Assembly: GCA_951406725.2 (NCBI GenBank)
Contig: OX597817.1
Coordinates: 174,220,001-174,284,000 of the forward strand
Origin: Octopus vulgaris
Taxonomy: Eukaryota
Length of the DNA stretch: 64,000 nt
Direction: 5' to 3'
Position numbers and translations under genes: made by a program. The notes below the pieces were generated by a model. The model was not told where the DNA came from. It saw only the letters and a list, made by a program, of their open reading frames with translations, and searched no databases. Positions 1-12,366 of the stretch are shown here, piece by piece. Each line of letters begins with the position of its first letter. Within the stretch, counting starts at the first letter, position 1.

Positions 1-706
1 AAATTGTAACATTTCTAAGTTGGAAATCTAATGCCTTATTCAGTCGGCCTGTTTACCTTTGCAAGTTAAAAAAGTTGGAAATTATGCGTCCCAAATACAG
101 TTTTCAGTCTTCTACTATAGTCTTGGGCTAACCAAAGTCTTGTGAGTAGATTTGGTTGACAGAAACTGAAAGAAGCTTGCTAAATCTATGTCTGTTAGTA
201 TATGAGTGTGTATTTGTGTCTCCTTGTTCTGATATTAAGTGATGGTTGTAAGTAAGTGTCATCATCATACAGCCATGTTATTCATATCTAGTCTTCCATA
301 TAAACATATTAAGCCAAGGGGAAACATTACCTTATTTGAAAACAAGTGAGATTTGGTGACAGGAAGGGTGTCTGACCATAGAAAATCTGCCTCGATGAAT
401 TCCATCTGCTCCATGCAAACATGCAAAAATAGAAGTTAGAATGACAATATGGTGTTTCTTTTAAAAAGGCACAGGCATGCTTGTGTGGTTAAGAAGTTTG
501 CTTCTCAACCATGTGGTTTCAGGTTCAATCCTATTGGGCAGCACCTTGGGCAAGTGTTTTTTACTTATGGGGCTGAACTAATGATGGGCTTCTTTCAGTT
601 TCCATCAATCAAATTCCAAAATGCAACACCAATTTTGTTACTTAGATTAATTCCATTCTTCTTATAACTGTTGGTCATTCGATTTTTTGTTTTGCTTTAT
701 CTGTAG

Positions 707-881
707 ACTGTGTGCAGTGTGACATTGAATATCCTAAATTTCTGGCAGCATCCCAACCATTCCACTCTGATCCACAGATCTATTTTGGCCATGTTACTGA
801 TTCTGAACTTATCAAAAGTTTCGGGGTTACTGAGTATCCATCAATTGTCTACTATCAACCAGGCAGTGAATCACCATCTAT
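707..881 (+). CDS. Internal exon of a PDI/thioredoxin-domain gene: xCVQCDIEYPKFLAASQPFHSDPQIYFGHVTDSELIKSFGVTEYPSIVYYQPGSESPS
   Basis: Pyrimidine tract + TAG acceptor at 704-706 and GTAAGT donor at 882. Open frame from 709 with CxxC and FGVTEYPSIVYY (cis-Pro loop, like YGVxGYPTL of thioredoxin folds). Ends in phase 2, matching the exon at 16797. Not in the ORF track. Confidence 0.9.
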
Positions 882-1029
882 GTAAGTCTTTGTGGTTCCT
901 TTTTTTAAAATTTCATGCTTGTTTTTTGTTCCAGATATTTCCTCTTTTCCGCTTACATAAATCACTTACATCATCCATCATCCATCATAATCATCATCAT
1001 CATAGTTACCATCAACATCATCACACAAG

Positions 1030-1440
1030 AACTTCCGGCGGTTTATTTTTTGTTTGTCACTGTTATTTATGATAACCCTAACCCTAAAACCTTAACCCTA
1101 ACCCTAACCCTAAAACCCTAACTCTAAAATCCTAACCTTAAAACCAAAACCAGTACAAATGCATGAACGATTTCATAAATAACAGTGACAAACGAAAAAT
1201 ACACCACTGATAGTTGTTGATAAACAATGGCAGTAATTTTATTCAGCTGAATACACGTCATTGATTGGTTGAAATTACCGAAATACGAATACTTTAACGT
1301 GAAATTACTTCGTAAATATAAGTTTTTCTCAAAAATGCTAAAAGTAAAAGATGTTTTATATGACACATTCTACCAGTGTCCGAAGTTTGAAAGTGTTTAG
1401 TTACAGAAAATTATTCTGTTGGTCAAAAGGTAAAGATCCG
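1030..1440. mobile_element. Non-autonomous element containing interstitial (TAACCC)n between internal inverted repeats (possibly Helentron/HINE-like)
   Basis: Degenerate TAACCC run at 1073-1140, flanked by GTTTGTCACTGTTATTTATGA (about 1052) and its reverse complement (about 1172). The class assignment is inference. Confidence 0.5.
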
Positions 1441-2659
1441 ATTATTCTGACAAATGCAATGTTTATTCAATCACATTGTTTTCATTTAATGATGCATTAT
1501 CTCAAAGCTTCAAGATTACGATGATGTCATCATCATCAGCTAATGTCTTTTTTCCATGCTGGCAAGGGTTGAACGGTTTGATTGGAGCTGGTAAGGTCAG
1601 AGGCTGCACCATGCTCCATTGTCAGTTCAGGAATGGTTTCTATAGCTGGATGCTCTTCCTAATGCTAGCCACACCACTGAGTACTGGGTGCTTTTTATGT
1701 GGCACTAGCATCAGTACTTTTAATGTGGCACCAGCATGAATGCTCTTTATGTGGCACCAGCACCTGTGCCTTTTATGTGACACAATTCTGCTGTGGAGGA
1801 TAGGTAGGCCTTCGTGATGTGATTTGATATTTTTAGAATAACATTGCAAGGTTAGTGTGAGAGGCCAGATGTGGCCAGTCTGGACATAAAACAGATACAA
1901 TATTTGTACTGGATATGGTCGGTTTAAATGCTAAATAGTTAATGCTTAGTGACTCTCTCAAATCACCAATGCTCTGCCTTTCATGCAAATGAACATTGAT
2001 CATTCATCAATTCTTAATCAATCCATTTTCATCCAGCCTCTTGCAGATCTTCGGAATTTAATGCTCATATCTCATAACCAGGCAGCATCCTCTTTCTTGG
2101 ATGTGCTTCATACAATCTTCCCTTTGCATGTGTCTGTATGTTTGTAGAGAGAGAGAGAGAGAGAGAGAGATTTTGTTGTCAGCAGTTTTAATGCCTCTTT
2201 TTTTTATTGTTGTTGTTGTTGTTCTGATTCAGTAAAAGTCTAATTGATACCTGATGCCGTTTCAGAGATTTTTCTGGGAGCAGGGAACTGACATGATCGA
2301 TCGCTGAAATTAAACTTTACTATTATAGCTATCAAGCAGAAATCTGATCTCTGGAGTGTGCCGTATTTACTGGCTTGGAATATTCTTCCAGATTAGTTTA
2401 GCTTTTCTTGATTGATTGATTCGTAAACGGAAGGGGAAGAAGAGTGAAGAATAAAGTTGCTAGCGAGTTAAAAGTATTCTCAGCCTAAAAAAGTTTGTTC
2501 TTTTAATAGAATTTTATATTGGAATTTAGTATCATGACTACTACCGCCTCTTCCCACACATCTCTAGCAATGAGCCAATGAAGGAGCTTGACCTAGTAGA
2601 AACAGCAGTTAAATCACCCTCAAATTGCACCCTTTCATCTTAAAAAAATGAAGAAAAGC

Positions 2660-3012
2660 AGTATTTCATCTGCCGTTATGTTCTGAGTTCTAATTCCGCC
2701 GAGGTTGACTTTGCCTTTCATCCTTTCGGGGTTGATAAATTAAGTGCCAGTTACATACTGGGGTTGATGTGATCGACTTAATCCATTTGTCCCCTCTGTG
2801 TTTAGCCCCTTGTGGGTAGTAAAGAAATAGGTATTTTGTCTGCCGCTATGTTCTGAGTTCAAATTCCGCTGAGGTTGACTTTGCCTTTCATCCTTTCGGG
2901 GTCGATTAAATAAGTACCAGTTATGCACTGGGGGTCGATCTAATTGACTTAATCCCTTTGTCTGTCCTTGTTTGTCCCCTCTGTGTTTAGCCCCTTGTGG
3001 GCAATAAAGAAA
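2660..3012 (+). mobile_element. Dimeric tRNA-type SINE (family A, Nin-domain-like core)
   Basis: Two tandem copies of TTCTGAGTTCAAATTCCGCCGAGGTCGACTTTGCCTTTCATCCTTTCGGGGTCGATAAA...GCCCCTTGTGGG...AAAGAAATA. Confidence 0.75.
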
Positions 3013-3719
3013 TAAAAATATTAATGATGAGGATATTCTGCTGAGGTCGACTTTGCCTTTCATCATTTTGGGATTGATAAAATAGGTACCAGTTGAACAC
3101 TGGGGTCAATGTAATTGACTTACTCCCTCCCCCAAAATTGCTGGCCTTGCGCCAAAATTTGAAACCAATATTAATGATGTGGATGATGATGATGATATTA
3201 TAATGAGTGGATTTGGTTCAAATTATTATTCTTCACAGGCATATAAAGCTTAGCCTGTATCTAAAATTGAATCAATAAGTTTAATAGTGTATTTACTTCA
3301 TACTACAAAAAAGAAAATTAGATTTTAATCAAGATAAATATTCCATTATCACCAACTCCTCACAGTAGTTGTTTCATCACAGTTAAGTCATCAGTTATCT
3401 GTTTGCCAGAAGCCATCTCAATACAACATTCTCTGTATTTTACACAATTTCAAAAATTCATGTTAGTTGCTCTTATTAAAGTAAGTTATCTCTCGTATTT
3501 GGTGTTTTTAGATTGTAAACACTCTGAGAAGGAAGTTTTGTTTTCTAATCGTATAGATAATCTCAGTTAATCAATCTTCTCCACTCACTATGGTACATAT
3601 GTGAGACCCCACTATATTGGTGTTAAGAAGAGCACTCCCCTAAGGTATTTTCTCTCTGCTAAAAGAGAATGATTTGATTTATATAATAACATTTTTGTTG
3701 TTTCATATTAGTGTTCTTC

Positions 3720-4460
3720 TTCATCATCATCATCGTTGTCGTTATCCTCCTCCTCCGTCTGTTTTCCATGCTGGCATGGGTTAGATGGTTTGACAGGATT
3801 TGGCAAGGCCAGGAGCCACACCAGGTTCCATTGTCTGTTTTGGTTTGGTTTCTACACCTGGATGCCTTTTCTAATACCAACCACACTACAGAGTGTGCTG
3901 GGTGCTTTTTATGTGACACCATCACCAGTACTTTTTATGTGGCACCAGCACTTTTTACATGGCACCGTGGCTTTTAGATCTCAGTTCTGTTGTGGGTAGG
4001 TCTTCTTGAGTGCAGCAATGCATGACTTACCTCTGTCTTCTGTCTTCTCCTTTGTAAGGTTCAGCATTTTGAGATCGGGCTTCAATGCTTCGTCACATGT
4101 CTTGCTTTTCCACAACTTCCCTCCACTTTAACTGATCAACTCTTCCTTATGCAACTGTCCTCATCCCATGATCAAACCAATGCAGTCTCCTCTCTTGCAC
4201 ACTACATATAATTCCTCTTATGCACAACCTCTCTCTCTCTCAATATACCAGTGCTCTGTTGCACATGCACACTGACATCACACATCCAGTTGCGCATACT
4301 ACTTTTGTTCCTCTCTAGCCTTCACATGTCCTCTGCATTCAGAGCTCACACATCACTACCTTCTATCATTGAAGTTTGTACACATGCATCATACAATCTT
4401 TCCTTCATTTGGATTGGACACCATACAATCTTTCCTTCACTTTGTTGCCAACAAAAGTTA
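3720..4460 (-). mobile_element. Decayed RTE LINE 3' fragment with (GAT)n tail
   Basis: The reverse complement resembles the end of the RT-region ORF and the 3' UTR of the RTE copy at 9558-11135. Confidence 0.7.
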
Positions 4461-5030
4461 CCATTTGTAGGAGCAATACTAACCACCCTTATGTAACAAG
4501 TCTGTGATTGCAAACTGTGGTTGCGATTTTGAATTTATTGATACCACCAGCAAAGTATAAATATTAATCTTGTAAATATTCTGGAACTATTTTTATTGAT
4601 TTTTTTTTCTCCCATAATAACTACCTTTCACATTAAGTATATTTATGGCGTAATTTCCTCTTTCCATTTCTTTGAATTCATCATCATCATTGCCATCATC
4701 AACATCATTTAATGTCTGCTTTCCATGCTGGCATGGGTTGGATGGTTTGACAGGAGCTGGCAAGCCAGAGGACTGTACAAGGCTCTACTGTCTGTTTTGG
4801 CATGGTTTTTATGGCTGTATGCCCTTCCTAATGTCAACCACTTTACAGCATGGACTTGGTGCTTTTTATATGGCACAAGCTGCAGTGAGGTCACCAAATA
4901 ATTTACAAGACAAGACTATTTTATTTTACCATCACAGTTAAAATATGTATTAATTTTAAGAAGACTGAAATTCATATCCTATAACCAACCCTGACTAACT
5001 TAGATCTCAAATGACTATGTTTTATCTAGA

Positions 5031-5270
5031 ACAGTACTTCTCAACCATTTTTTGGTACCTATGGACCCCGTTTTTTACTTGGATTGAAACCCCCTAGTCA
5101 TCCAATGTTTAAAAATATCATATATTTTTATAACCAAATATTATTAAGAATTGTATTAAAAAATTGTTAAAATATTTTGTGTATTATAGGAATATGACTA
5201 ATTTGTTGCTGATAAATTTTAATGACAGACTCTTATACGAACCTCTAAGGGCCATATGGACCCCTGTAGC
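5031..5270. mobile_element. hAT/Charlie-like MITE (partial), same family as 12014-12366
   Basis: CAGTACTTCTCAACC end and internal similarity to the 12-kb copy. Confidence 0.6.
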
Positions 5271-5442
5271 ACTGCCTTTATTTGAACAAATTGATTCTAG
5301 GACCTATTTTTTGTAAGCCTAGCAATTATTCTATTAGTCACTTTTGCCAAACCACTAAGTTATGGGGACGTAAACACACCAGTATTGGTTGTCAAGAAAT
5401 GGTAGGGGGCACAAACACAGACACACAAGCACACACACACAT

Positions 5443-5508
<66 letters not shown>

Positions 5509-5714
5509 CAGGCTTTTTTCAGTTTCCATCTACAAAATCGACTCGCAAGGCTTTGGTCAGCCTGAGGCTATAGTTGAAGAGATTTGGCCAAGGTGCCACA
5601 CAGTGGGACTGAACTGGGAACCATGTGGTTGTTAAGCAAGCTACTTGCCTCACAGCCATGCCTGCACCTTGCCATACAGCCATGTCCGTGCCTCCCACAC
5701 AGCCAAGCTTACAC

Positions 5715-5769
<55 letters not shown>

Positions 5770-6192
5770 TGTATATATGTGCGTGTATCTGTTATGTGTG
5801 TGTTTGTATTTCTTTGACCTTCATGTGTGTTTATTCTCCAGTTGTAAACCACAGATTCCTGAGAGTGTCATCTGCTTGCAGTCCATCATAAAAGCATGTC
5901 CAGTCTTCTTCACATGTCTTGACATCGTGCACAATCATTGCAAACAAGACTCATTCATACAATGTGGCTTGCTTGTAAAACGTGTCCAGGCAGCTGTTTG
6001 TTGTTTCATAGACTGGGAAACTATTACCATGCTTGCTAAAACAAGTAAAGGCTGGTGACAGAATGATTATTTGGTTGTAGAGAACTCTGCCTCAACATAT
6101 GCTTGTCTGACCTATGAAAGCATAGGAAAGCAGATCTTAAAATGATGATGATGATATAATTTAATGTTGTTTAGCTCCTGTTGAGTAGACTT

Positions 6193-6793
6193 ATTCCTTT
6201 ATTACCCACAAGGGGCTAAACATAGAGGGGACAAACAAGGACAGACAAAGGGATTAAATCGATTGCATCAACCACAGTGCATAACTGGTACTTAATTTAT
6301 CGACCCCGAAAGGATGAAAGGTAAAGTCGACCTTGGCGGAATGTGAACTCAAAATGTAACTGCAGATGAAATACCTATTTCTTTACTACCCACAAGGGGC
6401 TAAACACAGAGGGGACTAACAAGGACAGACAAACAGATTAAGTTGATTACATCGACCCCCAGTGCGTAACTGGTACTTAGTTTATCGACCCCGAAAGGAT
6501 GAAAAGTAAAGTTGACCCGGCGGAATTTGAACTCAGAATGTAACGGCAGACGAAATACCTATTTCTTTACTGCCCACAAGGGGCTAAACACAGAGAGGAC
6601 AAATAAGGACAGACAAACGGATTAAGTCAATTATATCGACTCCAGTGCATAACTGGTACTTATTTAATTGACCCCGAAAGGATGAAAGGCAAAGTCGACC
6701 TCGGCGGAATTTGAACTCAGAACGTAGTGGCAGACGAAATACCTCTAAGCATTTCGCCCGGTGTACTAACGATTCTGCCAGCTCGCTGCCTTC
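6193..6793 (-). mobile_element. Trimeric family-A SINE inserted as one unit with an 18-bp TSD
   Basis: Three units of about 185 bp (starts about 6191, 6376, 6560) and a single head at about 6740-6793. CTCCTGTTGAGTAGACTT occurs at 6175-6192 and 6794-6811. Confidence 0.85.
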
Positions 6794-9228
6794 CTCCTGT
6801 TGAGTAGACTTGTTATTGGAGGTATTCTAGCCATGACAATCCAGTCTCTCATTCAGACAGTGGTATCTCATTGTTGCTGGCAGCTGTGGTGATGGTGGTT
6901 TTAACTAGTATCTGAGAATTTAGTTTCTTCTTTGCTGAATGCTTCCTTTATGGTGACAGCATTGATGACTGTGTAGAGCAGTTCTTGGTATCTAGGACTA
7001 CGTTATACAGGTCAAATCAGATATGGGGGCATGCACCATTGCAGTGTGTAACTGAATCCATCATTTGTCGGTATCTGCTCAAGTTGTTCTGGGAAACCCC
7101 CTGAGTAGTAATGTCCCAGACAGTTTCCATGAAATACTTCCTCATCCATTGTGACCATGAGGTATGTGGCTGACTAACATGAGTGGTCACCACAGCTGGT
7201 TTCCCAGAGAAGAGAACACAGTATGTAAGATGCAACTTGGAGCAACATCACCAAACAGTCCAAGCTGACCCATCCGAATCGTACAAGTAATGGAACACGT
7301 TTTAGTTTTGTGTTCATAGTTGTTGGCTGGATTTGAAATCTGACCAATGGTAACCAATAATCCTGCAAAATGTTCTGGTAACAAAGGAGTTCCGAATACT
7401 TCTTCATCCACTGTGACCGAGGTCTGGTCAACACGAGCCATCACCACAGCTGGTTTCTCAGAGAAGAGATTGTGGTATCCAGGGTCCAGCAGAAAATTGA
7501 GCAACAATGGCCAAGTGGGCTAAACTGATGCTCCTCAACCATAAAAGTAACAGGACACAGCTTCTGCATATAGTTCTAGGTTGGATTCAAAATCTGACCA
7601 AAGGGAGCCCATAATCTTGCAAAACATTCTGGTACTGAAGGAGTTCAGGTAGTCCCTAACAGCTCCAGACATTGTCCAAGTCTTGCAATTGTAGAGCAAG
7701 TGAGGGAGGCCCAGAGGCCTGGAGATCTAAACCTTTGTCTCTTGTGTCTGCCAATGTCTGCAGTATACAGTACATTATCAAGTTTTTTAAGATGCTAAGG
7801 TGTGATTCGAGGGAGATTTAGTTACTATTTATAGCAGGTCAAGTATCCATGTAGAAGAGGATGTCTTGCTTGTTATTATTACTATTAGTTAGGTTAGTAG
7901 AAAACTACTTTTTGAAGTTATTTTCAGGTCTTTCCTTGTGAGATATGGGAAAGTTTTGTTAATTACAGTATTTTATAGACAGTTGAAAATAACTAAATGG
8001 AATATGGATGAGATGGACAGTTTTTATCTTTGCTGGAAACTGCTTAATATTGGAAGTTTTATAGAAGTATATTCCTTTATGTCTTACTAGAGTTGTTCTT
8101 TACTCTATAAAATATGGCTGCCTATTTTTATTATGTATGTAGTTATGAAAACTTGCTGCTTTATTGAATTGATAATGTGTCAGTGAGGAACCAAAGAATT
8201 AATGATGTTTTTGTGTTTGTGTTGCAAAATTCTTGGTGTAAAATTATGCGTTGAATCAAGATGTTGTTGTATCTTGGTAGGATTATTGGTACCTAATATC
8301 ACACTCTACTAATCTTAAAAACGCAAAAAAAAAAAGAAACCAAAAATTGAAATTAATAGTGTACAAAACAGTGTAATCCTTGATACTACTATGTCTGAAT
8401 AAGAGACAGGGGCTGTCATGGTTGGAATGCCTCGATAACAGAGCTTGATTCAAGGCTAAACATCTGAACAGAAGCTGAAGAACAACAAATAGAACAATAG
8501 ACCACCAGTAGGACAATTCGTTTGTTAAAGGTAGTTTGGAAGCTGTTACTTCTCTTCATTGTTTTTAATATAGTTAACTAATTAACTAATCGATTGCTTG
8601 ATCAATCAGTCAATCAATCAGTTGATCTGTCAGGGTCTTTTTGTTGCCATTTGCAACCTCATCAATGACATGTTCACATTAGTTCAGTTCTGTCATTGAT
8701 GAAGGTGCAACTGGTGATAAAAGGATTCGGATAAACCAACTTATTGATTGATTGATTGATTGATTGAATGATTAAACGAATAGTCTTTTAGTTAATTGAT
8801 TAATTAGTTAAGTAGTTGAGACTAACAGTAATAAAGAAGTGAACTGGAACCAGTGTGTGTGTTTTGTTGGCAAAATGACTCTCCTAAGATTCAACAATTA
8901 TTGGTTCATATCATATTGTTGATATTATGGTGGAGATCAAACTTCCTTTATATGTTACTGAAGAGCCAAAAGTCTCCGGATAGAAATAATACTAGTCTGT
9001 CTACAACTTGAATAATGTATTTCCATGGGTACTTTATCTCAAACACGGTGAATTAGCAGAGTTGTTAGAATATTGGATAGAATGCCTTGTGTTATGCATT
9101 TTGACTGTCTGTGCTCTGAGTTCAAATCTTGTTGAGGTTAACTTTGTCGTTCATCCTTTCAGGGATGATAAAAAAGTTTCAATCTAAGGCAGTGGCTTAA
9201 CCCATTAGCATTTAAAGCTGCCATATCT

Positions 9229-9456
9229 TATTTCTTTGCTGCCCACAAGGAGATAAACATACAGGGGACAGACAAAGGAATTATGTCGATTACATTGACC
9301 CCAGTGCATAACTGGCACTTAATTTATCGACCCCCGAAAGGATGAAAGGCAAAGTCGACCTTGGCGGAATTTTGAACTCAGAACGTAATGGCAGACGAAA
9401 TACTGCTAAGCATTTCACCTGGCATGCTAACATTCCTGCCAGCTTGCCGCCTTAAA
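9229..9456 (-). mobile_element. Family-A SINE with a 15-bp TSD
   Basis: AAAGCTGCCATATCT at 9214-9228 and 9457-9471. Confidence 0.85.
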
Positions 9457-9557
9457 AAAGCTGCCATATCTGGCTCAAAATATTCTACCTGTTTTATGTT
9501 CAAATTAGCCAGATCTAGCCTCTTCCGCACCTACCCTACAACATTATTCTAAATATA

Positions 9558-11135
9558 CTCCAGGCAATTATGGAGGAATTCAAGACAGGTTGCCCCTGGG
9601 AGCTCCTCTACGCTGACGACCTTGCTCTAATTGCTGAGTCACTATCAGAACTGGAGGAGAAGTTCCAGGTGTGGAAGGAGGGTTTAGAATCGAGGGGTCT
9701 TAGAGTCAACCTAGCTAAAACCAAAGTACTAATAAGTAGAAAGGTAGGCAATCCACAAATGTCCTCAGGAAGATGGCCCTGCTCGATCTGTAGAAAAGGT
9801 GTAGGTAGAAACTCTATAGGATGTACCCAGTGTAAGCTATGGACACATAAGAGGTGCAGCAATGTCAAAGGTAGGCTAACTGGGAAGATAGTTTTTGTAT
9901 GTGGCAGATGCTCGGGAGCATTAACCTCCGAAAATCTGCAGAAAACAACTTCTGTCACTTTCCAGTTGGAAAAACTAGAAGTAGTTGATAGCTTCCGTTA
10001 TCTAGGTGACCAAGTCAGTAGTGGGGGTGGGTGCGCTGAAAGTGTAACTGCTAGAATAAGAATAGCCTGGGCAAAGTTTAGGGAGCTCTTACCTCTGCTG
10101 GTGACTAAAGGCAGCTCGCTCAGAGTAAAAGGCAGACTGTATGATGCATGTGTACGAACAGCCATGCTACATGGCAGTGAAACATGGGCCGTGACTGCTG
10201 AGGACATGCGTAAGCTCGTGAGGAATGAAGCCAGTATGCTCCGATGGATGTGTAATGTCAGTGTCCATACTCGACAGAGCGTTAGTACCTTGAGAGAAAT
10301 GTTGTACCTAAGAAGCATCAGTTGTGGTGTGCAAGAGAGACAATTGCGCTGGTATGGTCATGTGGCGAGAATGGATGAAGATAGGTGTGTGAGAAAGTGC
10401 CAATCCCTAGCAGTTGAGGGAACCCGTGGAAGAGGTAGACCCAGGAAAACCTGGGACGAGGTGGTGAAGCACGACCTTCGAACTTTAGGCCTCACTGAGG
10501 AAATGACCAGCGACCGAGACCTTTGGAAATATGCTGTACGTGAGAAGACCAGGCAGGACAAGTGAGCCCAGCCGACTTATGAATGCCTTTCCTCCCTTGG
10601 ACACAAAGACCTGTTGAGGCAAGCGAAGTCGATATAGAACCTCATCCGACGACAGGCACCCATGCCAACCCCCTTTGCTTGCGAAGACATGTTGGGGCAA
10701 GCGAAAGCGAAATCGAATTGAACCAGCCAGGATCCCTGGTCTGGTGGTACGTAAAAAGCACTATCTGACTCGTGGCCGATGCCAGTGCCGCCTCCACTAG
10801 CTTCCGTGCCGGTGGCACATAAAATACACCAATCTGAAGACAGTGGCCGAAGACAGTGCCGCCTCGACTGGCTTCCATGCAGGTGGCACGTAAAATGCAC
10901 CAATCCGACCGTGGCCGTTGCCAGCCTCGCCTGGCACCTGTGTGGGTGGCACGTAAAAAGCACCCACTACACTCACGGAGTGGTTGGCATTAGGAAGGGC
11001 ATCCAGCTGTAGAAACATTGCCAGATAAGACTGGAGCCTGGTGCAGCCTTCTGGCTTCCCAGATCCCCGGTCGAACCGTCCAACCCATGCTAGCATGGAG
11101 AACGGACGTTAAACGATGATGATGATGATGATGAT
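9558..11135 (+). mobile_element. 5'-truncated RTE-clade LINE: RT C-terminus with embedded PHD finger (ORF 9570-10565), repeat-containing 3' UTR, (GAT)n tail
   Basis: LLYADDL, LRVNLAKTKVL, FRYLG, LHGSETW, LRWYGHV and RGRPRKTW motifs; C4HC3 finger; uninterrupted 331-aa frame. Confidence 0.95.
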
Positions 11136-11349
11136 AAGCAGCCATATAATCGAAATATCCAAGCTATTAGATAATAAATGATTAATTCAAAGCAATGTGA
11201 AAAAATATGCGTTACATTTTACAGAGTAATCTGGATGCTAAATGGTTAATGGAATTTGAAGTTTGAGCCAGATGACTTCCGGTATCTGTTTTGGTTCTTT
11301 GCATTCTGGCAGCAACACCTGTGGTGACACTGGTGCCAAGCTGTATTGC

Positions 11350-11700
11350 TCAAAGTCGGCAGACTTTCCTTTGGATAAAAGACCTCCTTCAGTCATGAAT
11401 GACAATGGGATTGCAAGTAGAAAGGTCCCCTCTGAGGCACAAGTCCAGGCAAATTTGTTTATGGAAGACCAGCAGTTGCCCATGCATACCAGCCTCTCCT
11501 CTCCATGCCGCCAGTGTTATCCAAGGGAAAGGCAAAGGCTGATACAGCTTGGCACCAGACATGTCGCAACTCATTTCTACAGCTGATTGAACTGGAGCTA
11601 TGTGAAATAAAGTGTCTTGCTCAAGAACACAACACGCAGCCTGGTCCAGGAATCAAACTCACTACCTCATGATTGTGAGCCCAATGTTCTAACCACTGAT
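11350..11700 (-). mobile_element. tRNA-derived SINE (family D); a + strand relative lies at about 25706-26025
   Basis: Reverse-complement similarity between the two copies; tRNA A/B-box-like head (GTGGTTAGAGC...GTTCGATTCC). Confidence 0.7.
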
Positions 11701-12013
11701 AATATCATTGGAAAAGGCAGATTTGCATGAATGGGTAACTGCAAGTCTACTTCAAAAAACTTTTTTCCCAGGTCTGCATATTTATGTACAGATTCATGGT
11801 CTACCTTCATCAACATGACCTTCTCCCCAACAATAGAAAAAAGGTTTGGCTGAAGATACCAGCTAGTTTCTTTAATTGTATATACTTAATCCCCTTCACA
11901 CCAAAAAGGCTGCCTCTGATTCTCTGACAAAATAGATAACCCTTAGTTCTTCCAACTTAACATTCTGAGCTGAAACAATATTATCATCATAGTTTCGAAA
12001 AGTATTCTACTAA

Positions 12014-12366
12014 ACCAAGGGTTCTCAACTATTTTTTTATCTAAGGATCCCTTTGATTATTGTTTTATTCTGGTGGACACCTGTAGTCATTCGATGTTTA
12101 AAAACTAGTTTTATCGAAACTTCTTTCAAAATTCCTATTTGGTGTTTCATACATTACCTTATGTAAATTGAATTATATAAAATGTTAGAGAAAGAAACCT
12201 AGCTTCTTGCAATACATACCAATACATACATTTAAAGTAAAACTTTTTCAGGGGTCCTTAAAATATTATTGTGGATCCTCAATTTGCTATTTTGTTGTGT
12301 AGACCCTGCAAAATAATCCTATATGGACCCTCAAGGGCCATATGGCCCCCAGTTGAGAACCACTGT
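12014..12366. mobile_element. hAT/Charlie-like MITE
   Basis: Terminal inverted repeats CAAGGGTTCTCAACT ... AGTTGAGAACCACTG with repeated GGACCCC-like subterminal motifs. Confidence 0.75.

Larger units (their letters stand above)
9197..11249. mobile_element. TTAA-flanked piggyBac-like MITE interrupted by a SINE and an RTE LINE
   Basis: Ends TTAA-CCCATTAGCAT and ATGCTAAATGG-TTAA. Related ends occur at about 1830-1942 (-) and about 56589 (+). Confidence 0.7.

Noticed and set aside
1073-1140. True telomere
   Set aside because: Short, degenerate and inside an intron.
8950-9000. Hammerhead-like CTGAAGA...GAAAT...GTC
   Set aside because: No stem I or stem II complementarity.
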